NCBI GenBank assembly: GCA_029259185.1
Contig: JAPDJF010000003.1
Span: 40,022-104,021 of the forward strand
Origin: Hadesarchaea archaeon
GTDB taxonomy: Archaea > Hadarchaeota > Hadarchaeia > Hadarchaeales > WYZ-LMO6
Reading direction: 5' to 3'
Length of the DNA stretch: 64,000 nt
Below the pieces are notes generated by a model. The model saw only the letters and a program-made list of their open reading frames with translations. It searched no databases and was not told the DNA's origin. A program made the position numbers and the translations under genes. Shown here piece by piece: positions 47,678-56,986 of the stretch. Positions within the stretch are counted from its first letter, which is position 1, and each line of letters opens with the position of its first letter.

Positions 47678-49338
47678 GGGACCACCTCGCACCTAGGTAA
47701 GTACTCGGGTTGGACCGGATAGTTATCCAGAGAGACCGTGTAGTACTTCGAGAATTCCTCCTTCATTTCGTCCATGAGTTCGCCTTTTGGATTCACCAGG
47801 AATGTCCTCCCCCAGTGCTCCTTGACTATCCTTCCATCTTTCACCACGACTTCTCCGTCCTTGATAACATACTTGGCTCTCGAAAATGACCCCTCGATGT
47901 CATTTTCTTTGAACTCGTAGATCGCGATGTCAGCATCGGCTCCAACTCCCAAATGACCTTTGTTCTTCAACCCGAGAAGTTTCGCTGGTCCTGCTCTCGT
48001 GACAATGGCCATTTCGTAGAGGGAGTACTCCCGCTCTATACTCGGCAAGGTGGAACGCGACAACGCTGATTTATGGATTTTTCCGAGCGTCTCCTCTCTC
48101 GCCTTCTTGCTCATGAGCCATGCGATCACCTTTGGGTAATGATAAAACGGTCCACCGTTCGGGTGATCAGTGGTTAGCACCACCCTCCATGGATCCTCCA
48201 CGAGGAGCGCGACCTCCAGACCGATCATCCACTGGACCGCGTTAACCAGACTTTTCGGCTTGAAGGTGTATGGAACTATCCCCGCCCCTACTTCCATTTC
48301 GACATCCGAGTTGTACCACTTGTTCCCCGTGAGCTTGTACAACTTATGTTGCCATGGTCCATCAGCGGTCATAGTAGTCGCATCGTCGAATATGACCTGT
48401 CCCAAATCACAAGTGGCATTCTTCTTCTTGTTTAGGGTCTTCGCCACCTCCTCGGCAGCGGAGGATATGGTAGCCCAGTCTTCTCCCCCGTAGGAGTTGA
48501 ACTGGATGTGGGTGATGTGGATCCGCTCAGCAGTACCTTTCAAGGTCTCATTGGTGCTCTCCCCGCTTCCTGGACCCCCCATCTCCGCTCCTATCGAACC
48601 AACGGTTTCGATCAAGGTGCTGGAATTGCCCGGCGATCCCAAGTTATTACAGTGGACATGGATTGAGTGGGGCAAACCAAGTTCTTCGTTCACCTTGGCA
48701 AGACTCCTCACTATCTCCCTAGGGGTGACCCCGTAGTTCTCCACCTTGTCATCTAGGCTGTTGACGTTCCTGCCCCATTTCCAATTCTCTACCCCCCCAG
48801 GGTTCACGAGTTTGATCGCGTAGCCTTTTGTAGCTTTCAGCAACCATCCCACGAAGTTTTTGAGTTTTTCCAAATCACCTTCGGCCACATACTTCATGAC
48901 GAAGTGATTACTTCCCATGAGGATGAATGCCCCCTTATCCACCATTGGGATGTCATTAAGCTCTTCGTGGGCATGTCTTGCACCGAGTGGCGGTACTGCG
49001 GCTTCCATAACGGTTGTGTAGCCCATTAGGGCATACCTGTAGCCTGTAATGTAGGTTGTGGGCACGGTGTAGCCGACCCCACTTCGCGTGATCTCGGTTT
49101 TCGGAACAGGGTCTTTTCGATGGTCCTCGGGTCTCATCAATCTGCCTAGGTTCACTTTCGATCCCACCACGTGGCTGTGGATGTCCACTCCTCCCGGGAG
49201 GACCACAAACCCTGAGGCGTCTATGGTCTCCCCCCCATCTCCGGACTCAACTATTTTACCATCTTTGACGAAGATATCCATCTTTTCTCCCTCGATTCCG
49301 TTGAGGGGGTCGTACACCAGGCCGTTCTTTATCAGCAT
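47668..49338 (-). CDS. fwdA: formylmethanofuran dehydrogenase subunit A
   Basis: DIHSH, RPEDH, KLVNPGG, HVHCNNLG, TTDHPNGGP. Confidence 0.95.
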   Translation of the reverse strand: MLIKNGLVYDPLNGIEGEKMDIFVKDGKIVESGDGGETIDASGFVVLPGGVDIHSHVVGSKVNLGRLMRPEDHRKDPVPKTEITRSGVGYTVPTTYITGYRYALMGYTTVMEAAVPPLGARHAHEELNDIPMVDKGAFILMGSNHFVMKYVAEGDLEKLKNFVGWLLKATKGYAIKLVNPGGVENWKWGRNVNSLDDKVENYGVTPREIVRSLAKVNEELGLPHSIHVHCNNLGSPGNSSTLIETVGSIGAEMGGPGSGESTNETLKGTAERIHITHIQFNSYGGEDWATISSAAEEVAKTLNKKKNATCDLGQVIFDDATTMTADGPWQHKLYKLTGNKWYNSDVEMEVGAGIVPYTFKPKSLVNAVQWMIGLEVALLVEDPWRVVLTTDHPNGGPFYHYPKVIAWLMSKKAREETLGKIHKSALSRSTLPSIEREYSLYEMAIVTRAGPAKLLGLKNKGHLGVGADADIAIYEFKENDIEGSFSRAKYVIKDGEVVVKDGRIVKEHWGRTFLVNPKGELMDEMKEEFSKYYTVSLDNYPVQPEYLPRCEVVPCR

Positions 49339-50609
49339 CCTTTCATCCTCCTGAGGATCCCCTCTAATATCTCTCTATCCGTCGGATAGGGTGAGTCCAC
49401 AACTTTTCTTAACCTCAGCGGAACCCCATCCATTCGATAAGCGGTTCCCTCACTCTCTATTCCAGCTATCGCACATGGGATGACGACCTCCGCGATGAGT
49501 GAGGTCAGACTCACCTTCGGGTCTATCACCACAGTGGGGATTTTGGCCAAATGCTGAGATGCGCCGATCGGGAAATGGGCTACTGGATCGGAGGCGAGAA
49601 TAAGTGCGGCATCGCACTCCCCTCTGAACAAGAGATCGACAGCAGAGAACTCCCCGGGGTTGTAGTTGGGATACCCTCTAGAAAAGTTTACCGCAAAGGG
49701 ATAACCAGTGATCCAAGTCAAGACTTCACCAGCCCCCGCGACGTTAAAGTGTCCCCTCATCGGAGTTATGGTGAACTTTGTATGGTCGTTCAGGTCTCTC
49801 ACCAGTCGCAACGCAGCATCTATATTCATGTGTTTTCCGCTCGACATCGTGAGCCCCATCCCGAAGAATATTATGCCAAACCTGCAGCCCTTCATCCGCT
49901 CGGCCAACTGTTTTATCATCTCCGCTGGTACTCCCGCCACATCGCCAACCTCGTATCCCTTGATCACAGCTCTCAATGCTGACAGTAGCTCGTAGTCTTT
50001 TCCCGGCTCGACCTTCACAAACATATCAGCCATTCTCGAGGTTCGGGTTTCTCTGACATCGACGTGAACTATGAACCTTTCTTTTTTCCCTCTGACGTAC
50101 ATCCCTTGCGGAGTGACGGAATATCTCACCGAGTGCCTGATGTGAGCTTCTGCTGGGTTGCACCCCCAGAATATCACGAGGTCAGCTCGGTTCTTAACCT
50201 CACCCAAGGTGCATTTAACCGCACCACACCCCTGGGCGGCCACTATGGTGGGACCGTGGCAGGTGGAAGCCGTGGAGTCTATGCTTCCCCCGATGAACTC
50301 TGCGAGTTCGACCGCGAGCCTCTGAGCGTCGCTCTCGGTGGAACTCAAACCATAGATGAGTGGGAACTCTGACTCTTTCAAGATTTGAGCAGCCTTGTTG
50401 ATCGCTTCCTCCATCGAGACTTCTATGAGTTTGCCATCTTTCCTCACTTGGGGCTTGGCCCTATCCTTTGAGTGATCCAAAAACTTCGTTTTTGATATAG
50501 GACAGGCATTTTTTGTACTCACCACTTTTCCGTTCTCCACCACCACTTCGAGGTCATCGCAAAGACATCCGCAAAATGGGCAGACCACGTTTTTGTATAC
50601 CTCTCCCAT
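49332..50609 (-). CDS. fwdB: formylmethanofuran dehydrogenase subunit B (Cys ligand)
   Basis: CPFCGCLCDD, STCHGP, TLGEVKNRAD, MRGHFNV, RMDGVP. Confidence 0.95.
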   Translation of the reverse strand: MGEVYKNVVCPFCGCLCDDLEVVVENGKVVSTKNACPISKTKFLDHSKDRAKPQVRKDGKLIEVSMEEAINKAAQILKESEFPLIYGLSSTESDAQRLAVELAEFIGGSIDSTASTCHGPTIVAAQGCGAVKCTLGEVKNRADLVIFWGCNPAEAHIRHSVRYSVTPQGMYVRGKKERFIVHVDVRETRTSRMADMFVKVEPGKDYELLSALRAVIKGYEVGDVAGVPAEMIKQLAERMKGCRFGIIFFGMGLTMSSGKHMNIDAALRLVRDLNDHTKFTITPMRGHFNVAGAGEVLTWITGYPFAVNFSRGYPNYNPGEFSAVDLLFRGECDAALILASDPVAHFPIGASQHLAKIPTVVIDPKVSLTSLIAEVVIPCAIAGIESEGTAYRMDGVPLRLRKVVDSPYPTDREILEGILRRMKGC

Positions 50610-50984
50610 CTACCCACCCAGCATTCTCAATATGTCGTCGAGCGTTGTCACCTTCTCTTTCGTTCCCGAAATTTCAGCTGTTAAGCCCTTCAGCGATGGC
50701 ATTCCGCTCCCCTCCGTGTTCGGTCCGGTAAGGACATTAGCCCACGGACCCATGGGAACAAAAATCGTCCCCTTCTCCGTTCCGCCCTTAACACACTTTA
50801 GTACCGTCGATCCGAAGTCAGTCTCAATCCTTACCGCGTCACCCTCATCGATCCCGAGTTCCTTCATGTCGTCGGGGTGGATGAACGCTACGGCAACCTT
50901 TTCAAAGTACTCTGAGGAAGTTTTGCCCCTTTCCATGCTCACGCCTTGATCCACGGTTCTACCTGTGTTGAGAAGGAGCCTCAA
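50610..50984 (-). CDS. fwdD: formylmethanofuran dehydrogenase subunit D
   Basis: LNTGRTVDQG, PMGPWAN, GMPSLKG. Confidence 0.93.
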   Translation of the reverse strand: MRLLLNTGRTVDQGVSMERGKTSSEYFEKVAVAFIHPDDMKELGIDEGDAVRIETDFGSTVLKCVKGGTEKGTIFVPMGPWANVLTGPNTEGSGMPSLKGLTAEISGTKEKVTTLDDILRMLGG

Positions 50985-51044
50985 ATGAACCTCTCTTTTT
51001 TCTAACGCGAAAAATTTAAACGTTTCTCCCGAGTAGATGGTCGA

Positions 51045-51878
51045 ATGACTCAGAAAGTTAGAGTGGGTGTGGTGAAGGTAGGTAACATAGGCACCTCCAC
51101 AATGGTAGACCTGCTCTTAGATGAGAGGGCTGAGAGGGAAGACGTTGAGTTCAGGGTCGTGGGGTCTGGACCGAAGATGCTCAAGGAAGAGTGCGAGGAG
51201 GTTGCTGAAAAGATATTGGAGTTCAAACCGGACATCGTGGTGGTGATAAGCCCAAACCCAGCTTTGCCCGGGCCAACCGCAGCCAGGAAGATCGTGGCGC
51301 GATCAGGGAAGCCTGTGGTGGTAATAGGTGATGCGCCCGGAAAGAGAGTGGTTCCAGATTTGGAGAAAGAGGGACTTGGATACATAATGATCGAGGCAGA
51401 CTCTATGATAGGTGCGAGAAGGGAGTTCTTAGACCCAGCTGAGATGGCAATATTCAACGCTAACGTCGTGAAAACCCTGTCGGTGACGGGGGCATTCAAT
51501 ATCGTGTGCGAGGAGATCGACAGAGTAATCTCTGGGGTTAAGGCGGGATCCACCTATCTGCCAAGAGTGGTGATAACTAGGGATAAGGCAGTGGAGGCAG
51601 CGGGTTTTGAGAATCCCTACGCCAGGGCCAAGGCCATGGCCGCGTACGAGATAGCACGGAGAGTAGCCGATGTCTCGATGGAGGGATGCTTCAAGGTCAA
51701 GGAAATGGAAAAGTACGTTCCGATAGTGGCATCTGCTCATGAGATGATGGAAATAGCATCCAAGTTGTCAGATGAAGCTAGGGAACTTGAAAAGTCCACC
51801 GATGTCCTACTCAGAAAACCCCACGCGGATGATGGGAAGTTACTAGTCAAGCGAAAACTTATGGAGAAACCAAAATAA
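51045..51878 (+). CDS. mtd: F420-dependent methylene-H4MPT dehydrogenase
   Basis: KVGNIG, LLDERAERED, SPNPALPGP, MIGARREFLDP.EMA. Confidence 0.95.
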   Translation: MTQKVRVGVVKVGNIGTSTMVDLLLDERAEREDVEFRVVGSGPKMLKEECEEVAEKILEFKPDIVVVISPNPALPGPTAARKIVARSGKPVVVIGDAPGKRVVPDLEKEGLGYIMIEADSMIGARREFLDPAEMAIFNANVVKTLSVTGAFNIVCEEIDRVISGVKAGSTYLPRVVITRDKAVEAAGFENPYARAKAMAAYEIARRVADVSMEGCFKVKEMEKYVPIVASAHEMMEIASKLSDEARELEKSTDVLLRKPHADDGKLLVKRKLMEKPK

Positions 51879-51902
51879 CGGTGCTCTACCCTCTACATTT
51901 GG

Positions 51903-52859
51903 ATGGGAGAAGTCACCGTTAGTGCGCCTTCCCGTTTGCACTTGGGAATGATAGACCTGGGTGGCACCGAGGGGAGAGTTTACGGAGGATTAGGCGTAGC
52001 ACTCAAGAAACCCAGGTTGTTTTTGAGGGCTAGGGAAGCGAAGATCCTAGTCGTGGAGGGGGAGAGACGGGATCTAGTCAAGGGGGTTGTCAAGAGATTT
52101 CTCCAACGATTCAAGATCGGGCAGGGGGTGCACATTAAGGTTATCAAAACCATTCCCGAACACGTGGGATTGGGTTCAACTACCCAGTTGGTTTTAGGCG
52201 TGGGACAAGCACTCGCAGAACTCTTCGGGATCGAGATGGGTGTTAGGGAAATTGGCCGACTGTTCGGGAGAGGAGAATTCTCGGGAGTCGGTACAGCAAC
52301 GTTTGAGTACGGTGGGTTTGTCGTTGAGGGGGGACACAAGGTCGGGAGAATGGCGGGTATCCCCCCCCTCATCTTCCGCTCACCCCTCCCCAAGGATTGG
52401 ATGTTTGTGGTGGCAATACCTAGGGTGCGGAGGGGCTTGGACGAAAAAGAAGAATCCCTAGCTTTCAAGAGCTTGCCGCCTGCTCCGGATGCGGGGGTGG
52501 AGAGGGTGTGTAGACTCATCCTCGTGAAGATGCTTCCAAGTCTTGTGGAGGAGGACATCGTAGGCTTCGGGGGAGCTTTGACCGAAATCCAGCGAATCGT
52601 AGGGAGTTATTTTAAAAGTTCTCAAAACGGGGTCTTCGCCCATCCGGTAATAGGTGAGACAGTGGAGTTCATGTTGAGAGAAGGAGCTACGGGATGTGGA
52701 CAGAGTTCTTGGGGTCCTGCGGTGTATGGAATGGTCGAAGGAAGAAAGGCGGCAAGATCCCTCGCGAGAGAGGTTAGGGACTTTCTAGCCGAGCGTGGTG
52801 GTGGGGAGGTATTCTTCACGAATGCTGACAACCGGGGGGCAAACTCTAGACGGATTTGA
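51903..52859 (+). CDS. beta-ribofuranosylaminobenzene 5'-phosphate synthase family (GHMP-kinase fold)
   Basis: PSRLHLG, HVGLGSTTQ, SGVG..F.GGFVVEGG, GQSSWGP, N.GA. Confidence 0.85.
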   Translation: MGEVTVSAPSRLHLGMIDLGGTEGRVYGGLGVALKKPRLFLRAREAKILVVEGERRDLVKGVVKRFLQRFKIGQGVHIKVIKTIPEHVGLGSTTQLVLGVGQALAELFGIEMGVREIGRLFGRGEFSGVGTATFEYGGFVVEGGHKVGRMAGIPPLIFRSPLPKDWMFVVAIPRVRRGLDEKEESLAFKSLPPAPDAGVERVCRLILVKMLPSLVEEDIVGFGGALTEIQRIVGSYFKSSQNGVFAHPVIGETVEFMLREGATGCGQSSWGPAVYGMVEGRKAARSLAREVRDFLAERGGGEVFFTNADNRGANSRRI

Positions 52860-52864
52860 GTGAG

Positions 52865-53150
52865 TTACGGAACGGTCGAAGTTCCGAGCCGCGTCTTTCT
52901 TCCCACCGATGCGAATACCCCAAAACAGCACAGTACAGTGAAGATGATATTTTCTTCGTCCCCATGGATGTCCGCGAGTTTTCCGAACGGAACTAAAAAC
53001 ACAACTGAGGCGAGTAAAAATGAGGTTGCTATCCAGCTCAACGTTATGGCATCCGCGGATAACTCATTCCCTATGGAGGGGAGCGCTATGTTTATCGAAG
53101 AGCCGGTGAAAGGAACGAGAAAAGAGGCCAGCACCGCTACGGTCATGATT
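52865..53150 (-). pseudogene. MFS transporter N-terminal fragment
   Basis: SFLVPFTGSSINIALPSI, VPFGKLADIHG, then truncated. Confidence 0.7.
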
Positions 53151-53350
53151 GAGATTTTACTCGATACAGATCCCCCTGGATGACCGAATCCCTCTCGCGT
53201 TTCGATCTTGGATCTTGAAATCACTCTCTCGTTTTTTCTCGAGGTAAGAATCTTAGTGTAGATTCAATGCTTTCGAGATCGGCCAGCATGGAAGGCACCA
53301 CAAAAGTTAAATTCGCTTCGGGTCGTAATCTTTCGTTACCGGGGGATGGA

Positions 53351-54448
53351 ATGGAGGAACCAAGCAAAGGAGGGGCGGAGAGGGTTTTCGGGCACCTCAT
53401 GAAAGAAGTTTTGAAACCAGGATTATGTGCGGGATGCGGGGCTTGTGTGGCGGTTTGTGAACCGGATATACTAACATTCGAAAATGCTCCTAAAATCGTC
53501 GGTAAGTGTACGAGGTGTGGGTATTGCTACAGTGTCTGCCCTCAGGCCCCATCTCAAGCTGGGTTGGAAGAAGTCATTTTCGAACAGGCTCCCGGGAAGC
53601 CAGAGATAGGTGTTTTCAAAGAGGCGATTTCAGCGCGCACGACGGACTCTGGAATACTGGAAAAATGTCAAGATGGGGGGGTGGTCTCATCCGTGCTGGT
53701 GGAGTTGCTCCGGAGTGGTTACATCGATGGGGCGGTTTTGATGGGTGTGGGCGAGGAGCCGTGGAAACCCCAGCCCAGAGTTGCCAAGAGTCGAGAAGAG
53801 ATCTTGGAGTGTGCGGGAACGAAATACAGCCGAGGGCCACTTTTGCTCGCACTGAGGGAGGCGGTGGACAAGCACTCTCTTCAGAGGATAGCTGTGGTTG
53901 GAACCCCCTGCCATGTGAAAGCTGTACGCAAGATCCAAATGGGGGAGAACCCTCATCCCAAGTTTGCGGGGAGGATAAAGCTCGTTATAGGGCTTTTCTG
54001 TATGGAATCTTTTGACCACGAAAAGCTCAAAAACTTTCTTCTTGAGAAATTGGGAGTCCCTATTGAAAATGTTTCTAAATTTGACATCAAAAAGGGAAAG
54101 TTCATAGTCCATATGAAAGATGGGCAAAGAAAAGAAGTCGAGGTTAAGTCTCTTCACGATTGTGTGAATACTTCTTGTACCCTTTGCAAAGATTTCACCT
54201 CCGAGTTCGCTGATATCTCGGTTGGGGCAGTTGGGTCTCCCCTCGGTAGATCCACCGTGCTGATACGGACATCACGGGGAGTAGAGGCTTTTGATCTCGC
54301 AAAGCGAGCTGGCATCATCGAGGTGAAGCCACTGGCCGAAGTTAAGCCAGGGATGGATGTTGTCAACCGGGTTTCCCGGATCAAGAAGGAATCCGCTGAG
54401 GAAAAGAGAAAAACGTGGAAGGAGGAAGGAAAACCGGTTCCTCCCTAG
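53351..54448 (+). CDS. F420 hydrogenase/dehydrogenase beta subunit family with N-terminal 2x[4Fe-4S] (FrhB/FpoF-like)
   Basis: CAGCGACVAVC, CTRCGYCYSVCP, QDGGVVS, GTKY, GTPC, GLFCMESF, ADISVG. Confidence 0.88.
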   Translation: MEEPSKGGAERVFGHLMKEVLKPGLCAGCGACVAVCEPDILTFENAPKIVGKCTRCGYCYSVCPQAPSQAGLEEVIFEQAPGKPEIGVFKEAISARTTDSGILEKCQDGGVVSSVLVELLRSGYIDGAVLMGVGEEPWKPQPRVAKSREEILECAGTKYSRGPLLLALREAVDKHSLQRIAVVGTPCHVKAVRKIQMGENPHPKFAGRIKLVIGLFCMESFDHEKLKNFLLEKLGVPIENVSKFDIKKGKFIVHMKDGQRKEVEVKSLHDCVNTSCTLCKDFTSEFADISVGAVGSPLGRSTVLIRTSRGVEAFDLAKRAGIIEVKPLAEVKPGMDVVNRVSRIKKESAEEKRKTWKEEGKPVPP

Positions 54449-54518
54449 GAGCTTTCCATACAGAACCCATCCTCGCTCAAGCTTAATACGAGGCACAAGT
54501 TATTTTTTTTGGAAGACT

Positions 54519-54827
54519 ATGGCAATAGCAGAAATAACTATCATCCCTCTGGGAACCAAAACACCTTCGGTTAGTGAGTACGTGGCTAAAGCCATCAAGG
54601 TGCTGGAGGAGGAAAATTTGAAGTACGAAATAACTCCGATGGGGACCGTGGTGGAAGGAGAACTGGAAGAGATAATGAGGCTGGCCCAGCGAATGCATGA
54701 GTCCGTTTTTGATATGGGGGTACAACGAGTGGTAACAACTGTCAAAATAGACGATCGGAGGGATAAAAGCTCTGATATGGCAAGGAAAGTAAAATCTGTA
54801 GAGGAAAAATTAGATAGAGATCGCTGA
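54519..54827 (+). CDS. MTH1187 family thiamine-binding protein
   Basis: IIPLGT..SVSEYVA, TPMGTVVEG, IDDRRDK. Confidence 0.88.
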   Translation: MAIAEITIIPLGTKTPSVSEYVAKAIKVLEEENLKYEITPMGTVVEGELEEIMRLAQRMHESVFDMGVQRVVTTVKIDDRRDKSSDMARKVKSVEEKLDRDR

Positions 54828-54837
54828 GCTGGTTCTC

Positions 54838-55674
54838 ATGAAAACATATTTGGACTGTATACCCTGCTTGGTCAGGCAAGCTCTTGAGGCCAGTAGGCTC
54901 GCGACATCTGATGAGGACAAGAGGAGGGAAACCATGCGGAAAGTCTTGGGAGAACTTTCAAAGGTTCCTTTTGAGAGATCTCCACCCCAAATATGTTATC
55001 AGGTTCACCAGTTGATAAGAGAGGCAACCGGAAACGAGGATCCTTATTCGGAAGTGAAAAAGGAGTTCAACGAAGCGGCGAGTGAAATGTATCCAAAACT
55101 GAGGAAAATTCTTGTGGATTCGGAGGACAAACTCCTGACTGCGGTCAAGCTAGCGATAGCGGGGAACGTCATAGATGTGGGGCCTGGAAACAAATTCGAC
55201 TTGGGGGAGACAGTGAAGAGGGTTTTGAGCGCGGATTTCGGAGTAAACGACTTTGATCACCTTCGAAGGGAACTCAAGAGAAATAAGGAAGTGGTATACC
55301 TAGCTGATAATGCAGGGGAAGTATTTTTTGATCGCCTCCTCATCGAGGTGTTGCGTGATAAGCGCGTGATCTACGTCGTGAAAGAGAGCCCCCTGCTCAA
55401 CGATGCCTCTATGGAAGATGCCAAACTCGCGGGCATAGATGAAGTAGCAGAGGTGGTGGCGGTGAAGATAGATCCTGAAACTATTTACGCCCCATCAGAA
55501 GCGGAGTTGCTTAGGAAAGCCGGAATCGTGATCAGTAAGGGACAGGGAAACTATGAGGCCCTCAGCGACGTCGATGCGAACATATTCTTCCTTCTCATGA
55601 TAAAGTGTCCGGTGGTAGCTGAGGACATAGGGGGCAAGGTGGGCGACATCGTCGTGAAGCACTCGAGAAGGTGA
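54838..55674 (+). CDS. DUF89/ARMT1-like damage-control phosphatase
   Basis: DCIPC, AIAGNVID, ADNAGE..FD, LNDA, SKGQGNYE. Confidence 0.9.
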   Translation: MKTYLDCIPCLVRQALEASRLATSDEDKRRETMRKVLGELSKVPFERSPPQICYQVHQLIREATGNEDPYSEVKKEFNEAASEMYPKLRKILVDSEDKLLTAVKLAIAGNVIDVGPGNKFDLGETVKRVLSADFGVNDFDHLRRELKRNKEVVYLADNAGEVFFDRLLIEVLRDKRVIYVVKESPLLNDASMEDAKLAGIDEVAEVVAVKIDPETIYAPSEAELLRKAGIVISKGQGNYEALSDVDANIFFLLMIKCPVVAEDIGGKVGDIVVKHSRR

Positions 55675-55678
55675 TCCT

Positions 55679-56845
55679 CTGGAAGGGGAACTGATTGATT
55701 CGGAGGAAATGAGCCGTGTGGATGAAGAAGCGGAGAGATTCGGCATTCCCCGCATACTCTTGATGGAAAACGCTGGGAGAGCTATTTCGAGGTTTATTCT
55801 TGAGAAGTTTGGTGGGCATAAAGTCCTGATCTTTGCGGGAACGGGAAACAATGGGGGGGATGGCTTCGTTGCGGCGAGACATCTGGCTGCTTGCGGTGTT
55901 GAAGTTACTCTCTTCTTGGTCGGCGATCCAGCGAGGATCCGAACTCACGAGGCGAGCACGAATTGGGAAATCGTGAGGCGTATGCGGGACAGCATCAAAG
56001 TTCACCAAGTGAAGATACCCGAGGAACTGGAGGGGGTCAGACGAGCCATCCGAGAGGGAGGGGTGATCGTGGATGCCATGCTCGGAACTGGGTTAAAGGG
56101 ACCGATCCGAGAACCGTATGCATCGGTGGTGAGGCTGATAAACGAATCTGGGGTACCCGTGGTCGCTGTGGATTCTCCAACCGGGTTAGATCCCACGAGT
56201 GGGGAGGTATGTGGTGAAGCCGTCAAATCCACGTATACTCTGACGTTTCACCGAGCGAAGAGGGGATTCTTGAAGGCCAAGGAATATACCGGAGAAGTGA
56301 TTGTAGAGAGCATAGGGATCCCCCCCGAGGTGGAGAGATCAGCTATAGGTGAACGGATACCACCACCTTGTGTATCCCACCGGAGGGTACCTAAGCTGGT
56401 GAGCGCTTGCCTTTTAGGTGCGAACTGCAGATACGACGGAACTAGTAATTCGAATGAGGGGGTAATCCGATTAGCCGGGGCCGAAGCGCTTATTCCCGTG
56501 TGCCCGGAACAACTCGGAGGGATGGGAACTCCTAGGGAGCCGATGGAGATAGTCGGGGGAGAAGGATCGGATGTTTTGGATGGAAGAGCCAGAGTGTTAA
56601 ACCGGAAAGGTGAGGATGTCACAGAAAATATGTTGAGGGGAGCTGATGAGACCCTTAAGATCGCTAAGATTTTTGGAGTTAGGGAAGCCATCTTCAAGTC
56701 CGGAAGTCCTTCGTGTGGTTGTGGGTCAGGTCGGGAGAAGAGGGAGGGTGTGACCACAGCCCTATTGAGGAGAAACGGTATACGAGTCCTGAGCGAAGAA
56801 TGCTTACGAGCGGAGTCGGCTAGAACTCCTTGTGACCCGAAATAA
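55679..56845 (+). CDS. NAD(P)HX epimerase (YjeF_N) fused to DUF523 (thiouracil desulfurase-like) domain
   Basis: LMENAG, GNNGGDG, DAMLGTG, AVDSPTG, then VSACLLGANCRYDG, PVCPEQLGG, KSGSPSCG; start possibly CTG 55679 (first ATG 55709). Confidence 0.8.
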   Translation: MEGELIDSEEMSRVDEEAERFGIPRILLMENAGRAISRFILEKFGGHKVLIFAGTGNNGGDGFVAARHLAACGVEVTLFLVGDPARIRTHEASTNWEIVRRMRDSIKVHQVKIPEELEGVRRAIREGGVIVDAMLGTGLKGPIREPYASVVRLINESGVPVVAVDSPTGLDPTSGEVCGEAVKSTYTLTFHRAKRGFLKAKEYTGEVIVESIGIPPEVERSAIGERIPPPCVSHRRVPKLVSACLLGANCRYDGTSNSNEGVIRLAGAEALIPVCPEQLGGMGTPREPMEIVGGEGSDVLDGRARVLNRKGEDVTENMLRGADETLKIAKIFGVREAIFKSGSPSCGCGSGREKREGVTTALLRRNGIRVLSEECLRAESARTPCDPK

Positions 56846-56850
56846 CTTCT

Positions 56851-56950
56851 GCTACCCCTCCCTAAAGGAAGGAGCTTGCATGGGGATCATGGCACTCGAA
56901 ACTCATCGCACTCAGGTCCGCATAGGGCGGTAGACGGTGGCCCGTCTACC
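56851..56950 (-). mobile_element. isolated right-end/omegaRNA remnant I of the element G family
   Basis: CCGTCTACCGCCCTATGCGG...TGCAAGCTCCTTCCTTTAGGGAGGGGTAG resembles the right end of element G (about 22530-22615). Confidence 0.65.
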
Positions 56951-56986
56951 TCAAACTTATTTTTGTCATCTCAACTATTTCTTTGT

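Noticed and set aside
48540-48600. Gly-rich stretch in FwdA as an intein
   Set aside because: Too short and no intein terminal motifs; probably a loop insertion.
28073-50609. Selenocysteine or pyrrolysine recoding in mvhD, fdhA, fwdB
   Set aside because: The expected positions are Cys and the ORFs are uninterrupted.
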